Of a stretch of 64,000 nucleotides of DNA, positions 48,248 through 59,734 are shown one piece after another. The notes beneath the pieces are model-generated. The model made no database searches, was not told the origin of the DNA, and saw only the letters and a program-made list of their open reading frames with translations. This DNA comes from Squalus acanthias (lineage: Eukaryota): NCBI GenBank assembly GCA_030390025.1, contig CM059432.1:62622001-62686000 (forward strand), given 5' to 3'. The first letter of the stretch is position 1, and each line of letters opens with the position of its first letter. Both the position numbers and the translations under genes were made by a program.

Positions 48248-49104
48248 GGCCGGAATTTTGCCGGCGCTCAGGGGGTGGGGTTGGAGGCGGGACATCCGGC
48301 AAAATCGCAAAGATTGACAGCGGGTCAGAAACCCGCTGTCAACCTGCCTCCAATCAATCTTCCCAAGTGTCGGTTCCCTGATTTGCGCATGGGCCCGACA
48401 CCTAGTGGCGGGAAGAGGATGATAGCCACTTAACTGCTTGTTAACAGGTTGTTAACAGGCAGTTAAGAGGCTTTTTGCAATTTTGACAGTTCTACTGCGG
48501 GCTTCCCAGGTAAGTGTGGCATGCTGTGGGTCGACTGTAATGTTTCTGCATTGATGACAGCTGCAGAAATGGTGTGAAGGATCCAATGGTGCACTGGTGA
48601 GTTTCAGAGGTAAGATAATATTGGGAAAATCATTTTTAATGCATTTACACTTTTCTGTGGGTAACAAGTTTTGATTTGCATGTGTAGTCCCACCTCATTG
48701 GGAGAACCTCTCTCACCAGTGACAGATCACTTCTGTAACCTCACCTGCAGCTGCCATCTGTTCTAGCCTAAGGAGGGAGTCACTGGAGAGCCTGGGTGCA
48801 AGAGCTCACCTTTGTACAGTGATTGTCAGTGTTTGCAGCACCTCAAAGCTGTCAAATACTGAGAAATCAGCTGTCAAAAAAAATGTGCATGGCCCCTTTA
48901 AGAAAACCGGCAGATGACGCATCATCAACTGATGTCATCTGACACCGGCTTCCTCTTAATTGGCCGGCAAGCCCGCAGGGCGGACTTAACAAGGCCAATT
49001 GATGCAAAATCACGTTTCTGCATCTGATGTCGTTGGGGGCGGACTGGAACCCAGAAGGCAGCTGTCCCGCATCCAAGCCACCTCAAACCGAAAAATCGCG
49101 GCCA
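48248..49104 (-). mobile_element. Harbinger-derived non-autonomous element (sister of 32091-32969)
   Basis: GGCCGGAATTTT / AAAATCGCGGCC termini; colinear similarity with 32091-32969. Confidence 0.78.
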
Positions 49105-51282
49105 TAGAGTCATAATGGCACGGAAGGAGGCCATTCGGCCCATTGAGTCCGTGCCAGCTCTCTGCAGAGCAATCGAGTCATTCCCCCGCTCTATCCCTAT
49201 AGCCCTGCAAGTTTATTTCCCTCAAGTGCCTATCCAGTCTCCCCTTGAAAACATTGAGTGTGTCCGCTTCCACCACTTCCGTCGGCAGCGAGTTCCAGGT
49301 CCTCACCACTTGCTGCATAAAAATGTTTTTCCTTAAAACCCCGTCTGTATCTCTTGCCCAAAACCTTAAATCTGTGTCCCCTAGTCCTTGTACCATCAAC
49401 TAGTGGGAACAGCCTTTCCCCGTCTAGCCTAACCAAACCTGTCATAATCTTGTACACCTCTATCAAATCACCCCTCAACCTCCTTTACTCTAATGAAAAC
49501 AAATCCAGCTTCTCCAACCTGTCCTTGTAGCTAAGATTCCCCCATCCTGGAACCATTCTGGTAAATCTCTTCTGTACCCTCTCAAGGGCCTTCACATCCT
49601 TCCTAAAGTGTGGTGACCAGAACTGGATGCAATACTCCAGTTGTGGCCTAACCAGCGCTTTATAAAGATTCAGCATAACTTCTCTACTTTTGTACTCAAT
49701 ACCTCTATTTATGAAACCCAAGATCTCATATGCTTTGCTAACCACTCTCTCAATATGTCCCGCCACCTTCAGGGACCTGTGCACATTAACTCCCAGGTCC
49801 CTCTGTCTCTGCACACTCTTTAAAACTGTGCCATTAAGTGTATGTTGCCTCTCCCTGTTCCTTCTGACAAAATGCATCACCTCACACTTCTTTGTATTAA
49901 ATTCCATCTGCCACTTGCCTGTCCATTCTGCTAGCCTTTCTATGTCCTGTTGCAGTCGATTGGTATCATCCTTACTGTTTGCCACACCCCCAAGTTTGGT
50001 GTCATCGGCAAATTTAGAAATTCTACTTTGTATTCCAATATCCAGGTCATTTATATATCAAAAAAAGCAGTGGCCCCAGCACTGACCCTTGGGGAACACC
50101 ACTGTCTACCATCCTCCAGTCTGAAAAACAGCCATTTACCACAACTCACTGTTTTCTGTCCTTAAGCCAATTCCTTATCCAAGCTGCCACTGACCCACCT
50201 ATTCCATGAGCCTCAATTTTGTTAACCAGCCTTCTATGTGGTACTTTGTCAAACGCCTTCCTAAAATCCATGTAGACAACATCCATTGCATTCCCTTCAT
50301 CGATCCTCCCTGTTAATTCATCAAAAAATTCAATTAGATTAGTCAAACTTGATGTGCCTTTTACAAATCCGTGTTGGCTCTCCTTAATTAGCTTAAACAT
50401 CTCCAAGTGCCCGTTAAATTTTCCTTGATTATTGTTTCTAAAACTTTACCCACCACTGATGTTAAACTGACCGGCCTATAGTTACTAGGATTGTCCTTAC
50501 ACCCTTTCTTGAACAATGGTGTCACATTTGCCACTTTCCAATCCTCAGGCACCTCCCCTGCATCTAGGGAAGATTGGAAAATTATGGCGAGCCCTTCTGC
50601 TATCTCCTCCCCCAATTCCCTTAGCAATCTGGGATACAAGCCATCTGGACCAGGTGACTTATCCACTCTAAGCATACCCAGCCTTTCTAGTACATCCTGT
50701 CTATCAATTTTCACCCCTTCCATTGCTTCTATCTTTTCCACTGCTACCGATATTTTGTCAGCATCCACCTCCTTAGTAAACACCGATACAAAGTACTCAT
50801 TGAGTATTCTAGCCTTGCCCTGCGCCTCTAAGCATATATCACCTTCTTTGTCCCTAATGGGCCCCACCCCACCTCTTACTATCCGCTTACTGTTTACACA
50901 CCGGTAGAAGATTTTTGGGTTCCCTTTTATGTTAACCGCCATTCTACTCTCTTATTCTCTCTTTGCCAATCTTATTTTCATCTTCACTTCCCCTCTCAAC
51001 TTATTGTATTTGGTCTGGTTCTCCCTTGAAGAATTCACCTGACATGCATCATGCACCCTCTTTTTTTGTTTCATCATCTTCTCAATCTCCCTCGTCATCC
51101 AAGGAGCCTTTGCTTTGGTTCCCTTACCCTTCCCTCTTGTTGGAATGTACCTAGCCTGTACTTGGAACATCTCCTCCTTAAAATCACCCATTGTTCCGTT
51201 ACAGTTTTTCCTGTCAGTCTTTGGTTCCAATTTACCCTGGCGAGATCCTTTCGCATCCTATTGAAGTTAGCCCTAGTCCAGT
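49105..51282 (-). mobile_element. CR1 LINE, 5'-truncated, ~2.2 kb, frameshifted ORF2
   Basis: KSPGPDG, NYRPVSLTS, YMDFRKAFDKVPH and RPQLEYC motifs in successive minus ORFs; 3' UTR at 49105-49200. Confidence 0.93.
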
Positions 51283-51299
51283 TTAGACAACTCTTGCTT

Positions 51300-51640
51300 C
51301 AGATAATAGTCATTATAGCATGAAGGTTCTATTCGACAATATGCTTTCAAACTACCTCAGGAGACATCTGCTGAGATGTGCCAATCTGCAATTCATACCT
51401 TTATAAAGAAACTGAGTGGCTCCATGTTTGCCAGAGACAAAGAAACACCAGCTGGAGAAGACACAGAACATTTACAGGCTGGGAAGCTTCCAAAGAGTTC
51501 GGGGTGCTGTGGATGGAACCCTTGTGGCCAGCAGGGCTTCACACATCAATCCGAATGCATACATGAACAGGAAGGGATACTACTCCATAAACGTGCAGGT
51601 GGCTTCTGACTTCAGACGTGCGGTCACTCCAAGGTTCAGA
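51300..51640 (+). pseudogene. Degraded Harbinger transposase fragment
   Basis: RVRGAVDGTLV...YMNRKGYYSINVQVA. Confidence 0.7.
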
Positions 51641-51875
51641 CAAAATCTCCAAAATCATTATCATTTGTTGCAAGCTGCACAATTTTGCTATTCAAAGATG
51701 AGTCAGCATGCTGTTGAATATCCACTTGAGCTGCCCTTTCTCCTGTCATACCTCAGGTGCTGGGCATCCCATCTGCATGGCCAGTGGTCTGCATGAGGGC
51801 AACAGCTTGCATTTATATAACACCTTTAAAGTAGAAAAAGGCACGTCACAGAGATATAATTGAAAAAATAGACCT

Positions 51876-53240
51876 AGAATCATAGAATGGTTACAGTACT
51901 GAAGAAGGCCATTCGACCTGTCGAGCCCGTGCCGACTCTCAGCTAGTCCCACTCCCCCGCCCTTTCCCCGTAGCCCTGCAATTTTTTTCCCTCCAGATAC
52001 TTATCCAACTCCCTTTTTAAAGATAAGATTGAATCTGCCTCCACCACCCTTTCAGGCAGTGCATTCCAGATCTTAACCACTCGCTGCGTAAAAAAGTTTT
52101 TTCTTACATCGCCTTTGGTTCTTTTGTCAATCACCTTAAATCTGTGTCTTCTGGTTCTCGACCCTTCTGCCAATGGGAACAGTTTCCCTCTATCTACTCT
52201 GTCCAGACCCCTCATGATTTTGAACACCTCTATCAAATCTCCTCTCAATCTTCTCTGCTCCAAGGAGAACAACCCCAGCCTCTCCAGTCTATCAACATAA
52301 CTGAAGTCCCTCATTCCTGGAATCATTCTCGTAAATCTTTTCTGCACCTTCTTTAAGGCCTTCACATCCTTCCTAAAGTGTGGTGCAAAGAATTGGACAC
52401 CGTACTCCAGATGGGGCTGAACCAGTGTTTTATACAGGTTCGTCATAATTTCCACACTTTTGTACTCTATACCACTATTTATGAAGCACAGGATCCCATA
52501 AGCCTTTTTAACTGCTTTCTCAACCTGTCCTGCCACCTTCAATGATTTGTGCACATATACCCCCTGGTCTCTCTGTTCTTGCACCCCCTTTAGGCTTGTA
52601 CCATTTAGTTTATATTGCCTCTCCTCATTCTTTCTCTGCGTTAAATTTCATCTGCCATGTGTCCACCCATTTCACCAGCCTGTTTATGTTTTCCTGAAGT
52701 CTATCACTCTCCTCCTCACTGTTCACTATACTTCCAAGTTTTGTGTCATCTGCAAATTTTGAAATTGTGCCCTACACCCACGTCCAAGCCATTAATATAT
52801 ATCAAGAAAAGCAGTGGTCCTAGAACCAACCCCTGGGGAATACCACTGTATACGTCCCTCTAGTCCGAAAAACAACCATTCACCGTTACTCTCTGTTTCC
52901 TGTCACTTAGCCAATTCCGTATTCATGCTGCCACTGTCCCTTTTATTCCATGGGCTTCAACTTTGCTGGCGAGCCTATTATGTGGCACTTTGTCGAACAC
53001 CTTATGGAAATCCATGTACACTACGTCAACCACATTACCCTCCTCAACCCTCTCTGTTACCTCATCAAAAAACTCAATCAAATTGGTTAAACACGATTTG
53101 CCTTTAACAAATCCATGCTGGCTTTCCTTAATTAGTCCACACCTAACCAAGTGACTGTTAACTTTGTCCCCAATTACCGTTTCCCCACTACCAAGGTTAA
53201 ACTGACTGGCCTGTAGTTGCTTTACACCCTTTTTTGAACA
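51876..53240 (-). mobile_element. CR1 LINE, 5'-truncated
   Basis: SQHGFVKGKSCLTNL, YMDFHKVFDKVPH and a 213-aa C-terminal ORF; tail at ~51876. Confidence 0.93.
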
Positions 53241-53564
53241 CCCCTGTTTGTTACTTAATTTCAGTGTGTGATTAATAAAAAAAAATTTAAAAAAGGGAAA
53301 TTGCTCCAAAATTGCTTCGAACAGGAGTTTGGCCTTTGTGATTTGATTTCCAGAGAAGACACTTATATCAATTTGTTTATAAGCTAGGTGTCAAGGAAGC
53401 CAACACTTTAACCGTCCCCGTAATGCTGCCCAGATTATTTAATTCTCGCTTAACCTAATTTTAAGTTAAAATATAAAACTTCCCTAACTTACAACTATTA
53501 TTGAGATTTATACCAGTGATGAGCTTTAGCTTGCTCTGATCTGATATCCCCAATGTTCTTGCAG

Positions 53565-53731
53565 GTGGAGCTAACCAATGATGTGCAGTCCTTACTACCA
53601 ACAATGGTAGCCGTCATGGTGGCCAGGATGACTGGAGACCTGTTCAACCATTCACTGTACAGTTCTTTACTGGAGCAAAAACGTATTCCATTCCTAGAGC
53701 CAGAGCCACGTGTCTTGTACCAGAAGAAACC
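53565..53731 (+). CDS. CLC gene exon J (VELTNDVQSLLPTMVAVMVARMTGDLFNHSLY...IPFLEPEP)
   Basis: gcAG acceptor and GTAAGT donor; helices P-R with the central Tyr (53658-53660) and the PFL motif that precedes the CBS domains. Confidence 0.95.
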
Positions 53732-54184
53732 GTAAGTATCTTCTGAACCTTCTAACGGCCCCAGCATCTCACCTGGACATAAATGCGGGCATCTATTTTA
53801 TGGTGCATCTTAATGTTTGAGTTTAAATAATTGAATAAACCAAACTTAATGGACTATAATGTATAGTCCTTTTAGAATGGGATTTTAAAGGATTATTTAT
53901 ACTGAATTCACATTTGGAAAATAGCTGGGATTTAACAACGCATTACAAAGAGTGAACATATAGGGGCTGATTTTCCTATGCATTACGTCCTGTGTGCACC
54001 TATTTCTGGGGTGTAACACTGAGGAAAAAGGGGAGAGGCTCCTTGGGGTAGATCTTGACTTTGTGCGACAGTGTAAAACGGGTGATAGCGAGTGGGCAGC
54101 CTATTTTGCATCTCTCCCCATTTTTATTTCTATTGAAGTTAATGAACTCGATAGTAACCCTTCCCCTCCCCCTCCCCCACAATA

Positions 54185-55180
54185 GGTGGGAGGAGGTCAG
54201 GCTGGGGTTTAGCCCTAAAAAAATGGGGAACGTGACCCCAACCTGACTCGTATGTACCTGTCGCATTTTTATGGCGGCGGGTAGCATGGCGTGTGAGGGT
54301 GGGACACTTCATTTAACATATTTAAATCAGTAACAGTTGCCCTGTGGGTTTCCCAAGGCTCAGGAAACCCGGCAGTGAAATGGAGACGGGAGCTGCCGGC
54401 TCCAAAAAGTAAATGATTTTTATAGCGCTCCTTGTGGGCCAAGAGGAGCAGGAGTGCATCCCCGGCCCCTCAAGGAAGCCTTTGGCCTCCCTTCTGCCAA
54501 TCGCAGCGCCTCTCTAGCCACTGCCGCGATCGGCGACATTCCTCCCCCTCCTCACCTCAGCCCCGATCTGCAGCCTGCCCACTGTCCGATTGCCGGGGAC
54601 CATTTCTTCCAGCACAATCAACGACTGTTCAACAAACCACCTAACAGTTAGAGACAAAAGAACAGTTACTCCAACACCTGGCATTGGTGCAGGATGGGTC
54701 CCAGCCACTGAAGTCCTTCACACTGAATGTAGCAGTTGTGTAGATCGAGGTGTTTTATTGTATCAGAATCCAATGGCATGAGACAGCACCGCACAATCAA
54801 TCGGGGTCGGCCACAAATCCTGAAGATTAACTGTTCCCACAGATTCCACTGGGCCCAAGGCAATCCTTTACTCAGCCTCAAACGGTTAGTGCAATGTGTT
54901 CAGGAGGTCCCTTTTACCGGTTTCACTCTCCGTGTTGCCAACCTGTCCTCCAACCTTCTCCTTCACCCAGTCAATCACTTGACAAGGGGCTGGTTTTCCT
55001 GCCCGGCAGCTGGCTTGCCTGTCAATTTGGCCAGCTGCTGGGCGGGAAACGTAAGAAAAAAATTATAATGAGGTCCTGCTGTTAAATTCGGCAGGCCCTC
55101 CACGTCCCCGGCCTCGCCGGGTTCTTCTGCCACTTTCGGCCTCCCCCCTCCCTGCCTGCCTCCCTGTAAATAACGGGGCC
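54185..55180. mobile_element. TIR/MITE-like element carrying an NLR gene fragment
   Basis: Both flanks resemble the reverse complement of MITE 21127-21718; right end GTAAATAACGGGGCC. Left end approximate. Confidence 0.55.
54670..54985 (-). pseudogene. Fragment of a NACHT-LRR (NLR) immune receptor exon
   Basis: Minus translation CQVIDWVKEKVGGQVGNTESETGKRDLLNTLH*...TPIDCAVLSHAIG/DTIKHLDLHNCYIQCEGLQWLGPILHQCQVL, then a GTAACT donor; resembles elasmobranch NLRC3/NLRP-like proteins; contains stops and a frameshift. Confidence 0.8.
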
Positions 55181-55184
55181 AATG

Positions 55185-55520
55185 TTACCTTGCCACCCAA
55201 ATATATTGGTCAAGGGGAATTATCAGGACCTGACTGGGGCAATACCTATGATTCACCAGGGAAGGAGGGAGGGATACAGCTGCGTAACGCGCTGTAGGAG
55301 AACGTACCCCAATTTCAGGGCAGACATGTCCCAGCCAGTAGCAGTGAAAGTGTCTGCTGCCCTGAACTTCTTGCTTTGGGCTCTTTGCAAGGGGCCAGGG
55401 AATTATCAGTAGCAGCAGTTAGATTGCAGTGCATCTCTGTATAAAGTAAGCTCACTGATGCCTTGTTTGCCTGAACAAGCTGCTTGCGTGATGCAAGCAT
55501 GGACAACAGGAAGTAACAGG
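55185..55520 (+). pseudogene. Degraded Harbinger transposase N-terminal fragment
   Basis: PVAVKVSAALNF motif. Confidence 0.55.
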
Positions 55521-55560
55521 AGAAAGCCATATTTTTTTTTCTTGGCACCCATATAACCCT

Positions 55561-55890
55561 GTCAGCTGTAGCTCAGTTGGTAGAACCCTCGCCTCGGAGT
55601 CAGAAGGTTGTGGGTTCAAGTCCCACTCCAGAGACTTGAGCACACTATTTCAAAGAAGAGTGGGGGCGTTATCCCCGGTGTTCTGGCCAATATTTATCCC
55701 TCAATCAACATCACTAAAACAGATTATCTGGTCATTATCACATTGCTGTTTGAGGGCACTTACCGTGGCTGTCGCGTTTCCTACATTACAACAGTGACTA
55801 CACTTCAAAAAGTACTTCATTGGCTGTAAAGCGCTTTGGAACTTCCGGTGGTCATGAAAAGCGCTATATAAATGCAAGTCTTTCTTTCTA
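55561..55890 (+). mobile_element. tRNA-derived SINE (Deu-type, L2-like tail), centrally deleted
   Basis: A box TAGCTCAGTTGG (55569), B box GGTTCAAGTCC (55613); tail GCGCTATATAAATGCAAG(TCTT)n. Confidence 0.85.
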
Positions 55891-57319
55891 TACACACCTG
55901 CCCAGTTACAATGCTGGATGTCAGAAATGTATGGTGTCCCTAGTGACAACATTGGTAAGACACAAATGATGGGAAATACACTCATTATAATACATCTGTC
56001 CATATTTGGACAGACGTATTGTATGCCCAACACCACTTCCAGTGGGAGGTGGCAGAATTTGAGTCAGATACTGGGAGCTGGCTGAAGAGCTCACTGCCCC
56101 AACCAGTTTTCCTCACCTGCCTGCCCCGAATCTGCCCAAAATCTGACAGAATGGCAGAAGGAAATCTGTGCCAATACTCTAACCATGGCCTAAATAGTGA
56201 TTTGTATAAGTTTAGAATTACATCTTTGCTTTTATACTCTGTGACCCTGGCTGGATGACCAGAGATCAGCATGAGAGCACTCTTTGTGGTGTCTCCAGTG
56301 TCGGCTAAAATCTCCAACAACATTTTACTGAAGGAGGGAGTCTTTGGTGCCATCATCATTGCACACATGATGCTGAAAACTTTATTGCTCTCTTTAGTTG
56401 CCAGCAGATAAATTGCAGGCAACTCCCCATTAATGTTGAGCAACAGTTCTTTAAGAGCTACTGGCTCACTCGATCTTGCAACTCTCAGGCCAAACTCACT
56501 GCGCACATTTTTCACGTGCAGGGAACCTATTGAAATGAAAGGGAGGGGCACACCTCACTACACCGCAAGTGAGTGTAGCCCCAGTTACTGGACTTCGGAA
56601 ATTGGGGCATCTGAGTTCAGCTGGCCTATTGTAGAGTTGTATTTGTTTCTAATGCCGCAATTCTCAGAAATAGGAAACACTTTACCGATCTCGTAAACTG
56701 GAGAATGTGCCAGTGGCTTTGGGTAGATGAGTATCTGACAAAAGCATCAGTTGAAGTGAAAGAAAAGATCTAAAGGCGAAAGAGTGAGACAGAGCTTCCA
56801 ATGGAAAAGAAAAAGACAAGAAAATCCATCTGAAATGTTTCCTTCAGAAACCTCTGTGGATCTCAAATCTACTATGAAACGTAACAACCTTTCATGCCAG
56901 CTGGACGGCTGCCTGGACAAACAAGGCAGCTGCAAATGGATACTATAGCTACCAATCTGAAATCACTCCCTGTCTGCACACTGCTCCATTTTGTTTTACA
57001 CTGGATTCGTACCAGTGGAATTATGAGTGGTTTGAATCCAAATCTAAATGTATCTGGAAGCTAGTCCCTAGTAGCACATCAACTAAATAATTGTCAATTG
57101 TTTGATTTAGGTGTGAGTGCAAAATAGATTGAAAACCTAGCCTTCTCCCAAAAGGCCTTTTCATTGTTCCGGCTCACATTTATGTGGATTTTTCTCCCTG
57201 AAGTTGACATATAAAACTATATTTTCTGAGTCCTTACCCACTTCTAGTTTGTATCAAAAAATTGCAGGAACACTGCCTATCAGCCTTGACACACTTTTGC
57301 GTCTGATGAGCCCATGATC

Positions 57320-57610
57320 TAGGCTGAAACTTCAATGCAATATTGAGTGAATACTGCATTGTCGGAGTTGCTGTCTTTCAGATGAGACATTAAACTGTGG
57401 CCCTGTCTGCCGGCTCAGTTAGATGTAAAAGATTCCATGGTAATATTCAAAGAGGGGCAAAAGGATTCCCTTCATGTCCTGGTCAACATTTATCCCTCAA
57501 CCAACACCACCAAAAACAAATTAACTGGTTATTCATCTCACTACTTTGTGTGGAACCTTGTTTTGTGCAAATTGGCTGTTATGTTTGCCTACAAAACAAC
57601 AAAGTTCTCA
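57320..57610 (+). mobile_element. SINE body fragment
   Basis: Homologous to 34530-34830. Confidence 0.65.
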
Positions 57611-58294
57611 CTGCCTTGACTACTCACTGATCTCTCCCCTCCCACCAAGTGCTCTTCCTACTCTGGGTGTCCACTGCACGTCCTCAGACTACTCACTGCC
57701 TCTCCCTCAATTTGTCACTGGCTCCAGCTCCCTTCTGAGTGCTCATAAGATCCAGATCTCCCTGCTTACTTCCTCCCTGTTTCTCTGCTTAAAGTGTTCA
57801 CTGGCCCTAGCTCTTCTTCCCAAATGCTCCCAACCCCTAACTCCAGTCCTACCAAACCTCAGAGACCCTTTTTCAATGTTCCCACACTCCAGACCCCTCA
57901 GAATTCTTTCAGGTACTTTCCACATTAATTTATCCCCCCAGCTCAAGTACTCTCAGGCTCTATAGGCCACCCATTCCTTCCCAGCTACCACTCCCTCCCA
58001 CGCAACAACCTTAGCCCTCACTCCCACTCCTTCCCTCCTTGGGCTGTACCTTCTCCCATTTTTTTTAATGTGTTACACAAGCTCCCAGACAGCCTGTCTC
58101 CATCTAATCCCAGTACCCATCTCCATTCTAGAACATGTTGGTAGGCATCTTCCTGTATACCCCATCACGACCATAATCTAAAAAAGAGTGGGACTCGGAA
58201 TCAAAAATATACAAACACAACCAAAATGGGATTTGAAAGGAGCAGGACTGCGAATGCAAAAGAGACAAAACATGGGCTTGAAAAAGAGCAGGCA

Positions 58295-58500
58295 GAATTA
58301 CATAGAAATTCAGCCCAACAGGTCTATGCTGGTGTTTATGCTCCACATGAGCCTCTTCCCACCTTAACTCATCTCACCCTATCAATATATCCTTCTATTC
58401 CTTTCTCCCACATGTACTTATCTAGCATCCCCTTAAATGCATCTATGCTAATCACCTCAACCATTCCATGTGGTAGCGAGTTCCACATTCTCACCTTACT
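58295..58500 (-). mobile_element. CR1-like 3' end fragment
   Basis: GAGTTCCACATTCTCACC and TACTTATCTAGC..CCCTTAAATGCATC, as in other CR1 3' ends. Confidence 0.55.
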
Positions 58501-59329
58501 TCATTTCATCCTATCAGCATATCAGAGACATAACTGGGAGGGAATTAAGAAATCAGAGGATTGGGGGATGGGACAGTCTAAAGGGCATGAGTGGGGCCTG
58601 AGGCAAATCCAGGAGGGGAGGTGGGAGAAGGCCAAACATGGTCAGTGTAAAATGTGGAGAGTGGGCTGAAGATCAGGGAGAGCAGCAAGCATGGATACTT
58701 TTTTTAATTTAAGGGACATTACACTTTAAAGTCCTAAGTTGTTTGCCCAGCAGAGGGATTTTCAGCATTTAGTTCTGTGGCCAGCAGAGGAACAGGATGT
58801 GGTTCATGCAAACAGGGGTGCATAACTACACCACTTAGGGGCAGGAGTCCTGAAATTACAACAGGACCTCCAAATGTTGACATAGGCTTTTCCCATTATA
58901 AAATGTTGACATATTGACATACAGTTTTCCCATTATAAATATTGACATATTATCAAAAATTGAGAGACTGGAATTAATATTAATGTTGACAGGAAGTGCG
59001 CACCATATGAAGCTATTTAGATATATTCAGACTTACGCCCCATGGAGCTTCATTATATGTTTGAACTTTAAACAAAACCGCTAAAATTTTACTCATGAAA
59101 AGAAAGTATAAGCTTCCATATATGTAATTCAAACCTGGTAAGAAACTGAGGAACACTTGATGCAGTGAATGAAATAGTCTTGAACAAATTTCCACATAGC
59201 ATTAAGAATTGGATTAAAGTCAAAACCAATTTCCTCATGTATAATCTTTAAAGGAAACTTTCAATAAATGAATGCTATTGATTTTATTATGTAGCCAGTG
59301 AATGCCCCAAAAATGTTGTGACCAATCCA

Positions 59330-59700
59330 AGACTGAATTTTGGACAAGCAGTCTGACATCACGGAGGCAGTTTAGGGGTTGAAAGAAATTGAGCTGGTTG
59401 TCATCGGTATACATGTGGAAACTGACCTCATGTCTACAGATGATGCCACCACTGAGTGGTAGGTAGATGAGGGGTGGATTTTTCAGGAGGGGGTGATGAT
59501 GGCAGTTTTGAATGACAGAGGGACTGTGCCTCAGGAGATGGAACCATTGATTATGTCAGCTAGCTTGGGCGCCAGGAAGGGCAAATTTGGTGGTTGGGTG
59601 TGGAATGGGAACTGATTGAGAGAGCAGGAAGTGAGACTCAGATGAGGTTAGCTTGGAGAAGGCAGGAGGAAGATGAAGGAGAAGCTGCAAAGAGATAGAG
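59330..59700 (-). mobile_element. Old L2-like RT fragment
   Basis: Minus strand reads VSFHMYTDDNQL (YADD-box remnant) at ~59390-59430. Confidence 0.5.
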
Positions 59701-59734
59701 TTCAGTGACAGAATGGATGGGAGCCTGGGGGCTC

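Larger units (their letters stand above)
1223..53731 (+). other. Partial spliced gene: CLC-family chloride/proton transporter (CLC-6/7 branch, 'chloride channel protein C-like'); 10 internal exons, 5' and 3' ends not found in window
   Basis: Ten exons with GT-AG boundaries and mutually compatible phases (0-0,0-2,2-2,2-0,0-0,0-2,2-1,1-2,2-0,0-2) join to 1529 nt without a stop. CLC signature motifs occur in the correct order: xSGLPE, GxEGP, F-x-APVGG-LFxxEE, GxxxP, GAAS..G..RLTISL..IM-VELT, SLY. Confidence 0.95.

Noticed and set aside
55561..55632. tRNA-like sequence with A and B boxes
   Set aside because: It is the head of a SINE that continues into SINE body and tail; no complete cloverleaf.
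57302..57331. CTGATGAG...GAAAC looked like a second hammerhead core
   Set aside because: Stem II does not pair in the required register, there is no stem I/III, and the sequence is a decayed SINE segment.
58868..58952. ~41-bp imperfect tandem duplication (TTTTCCCATTATAAA..TTGACATAT)
   Set aside because: Only two units with no unique spacers; an ordinary local duplication, not CRISPR-like.
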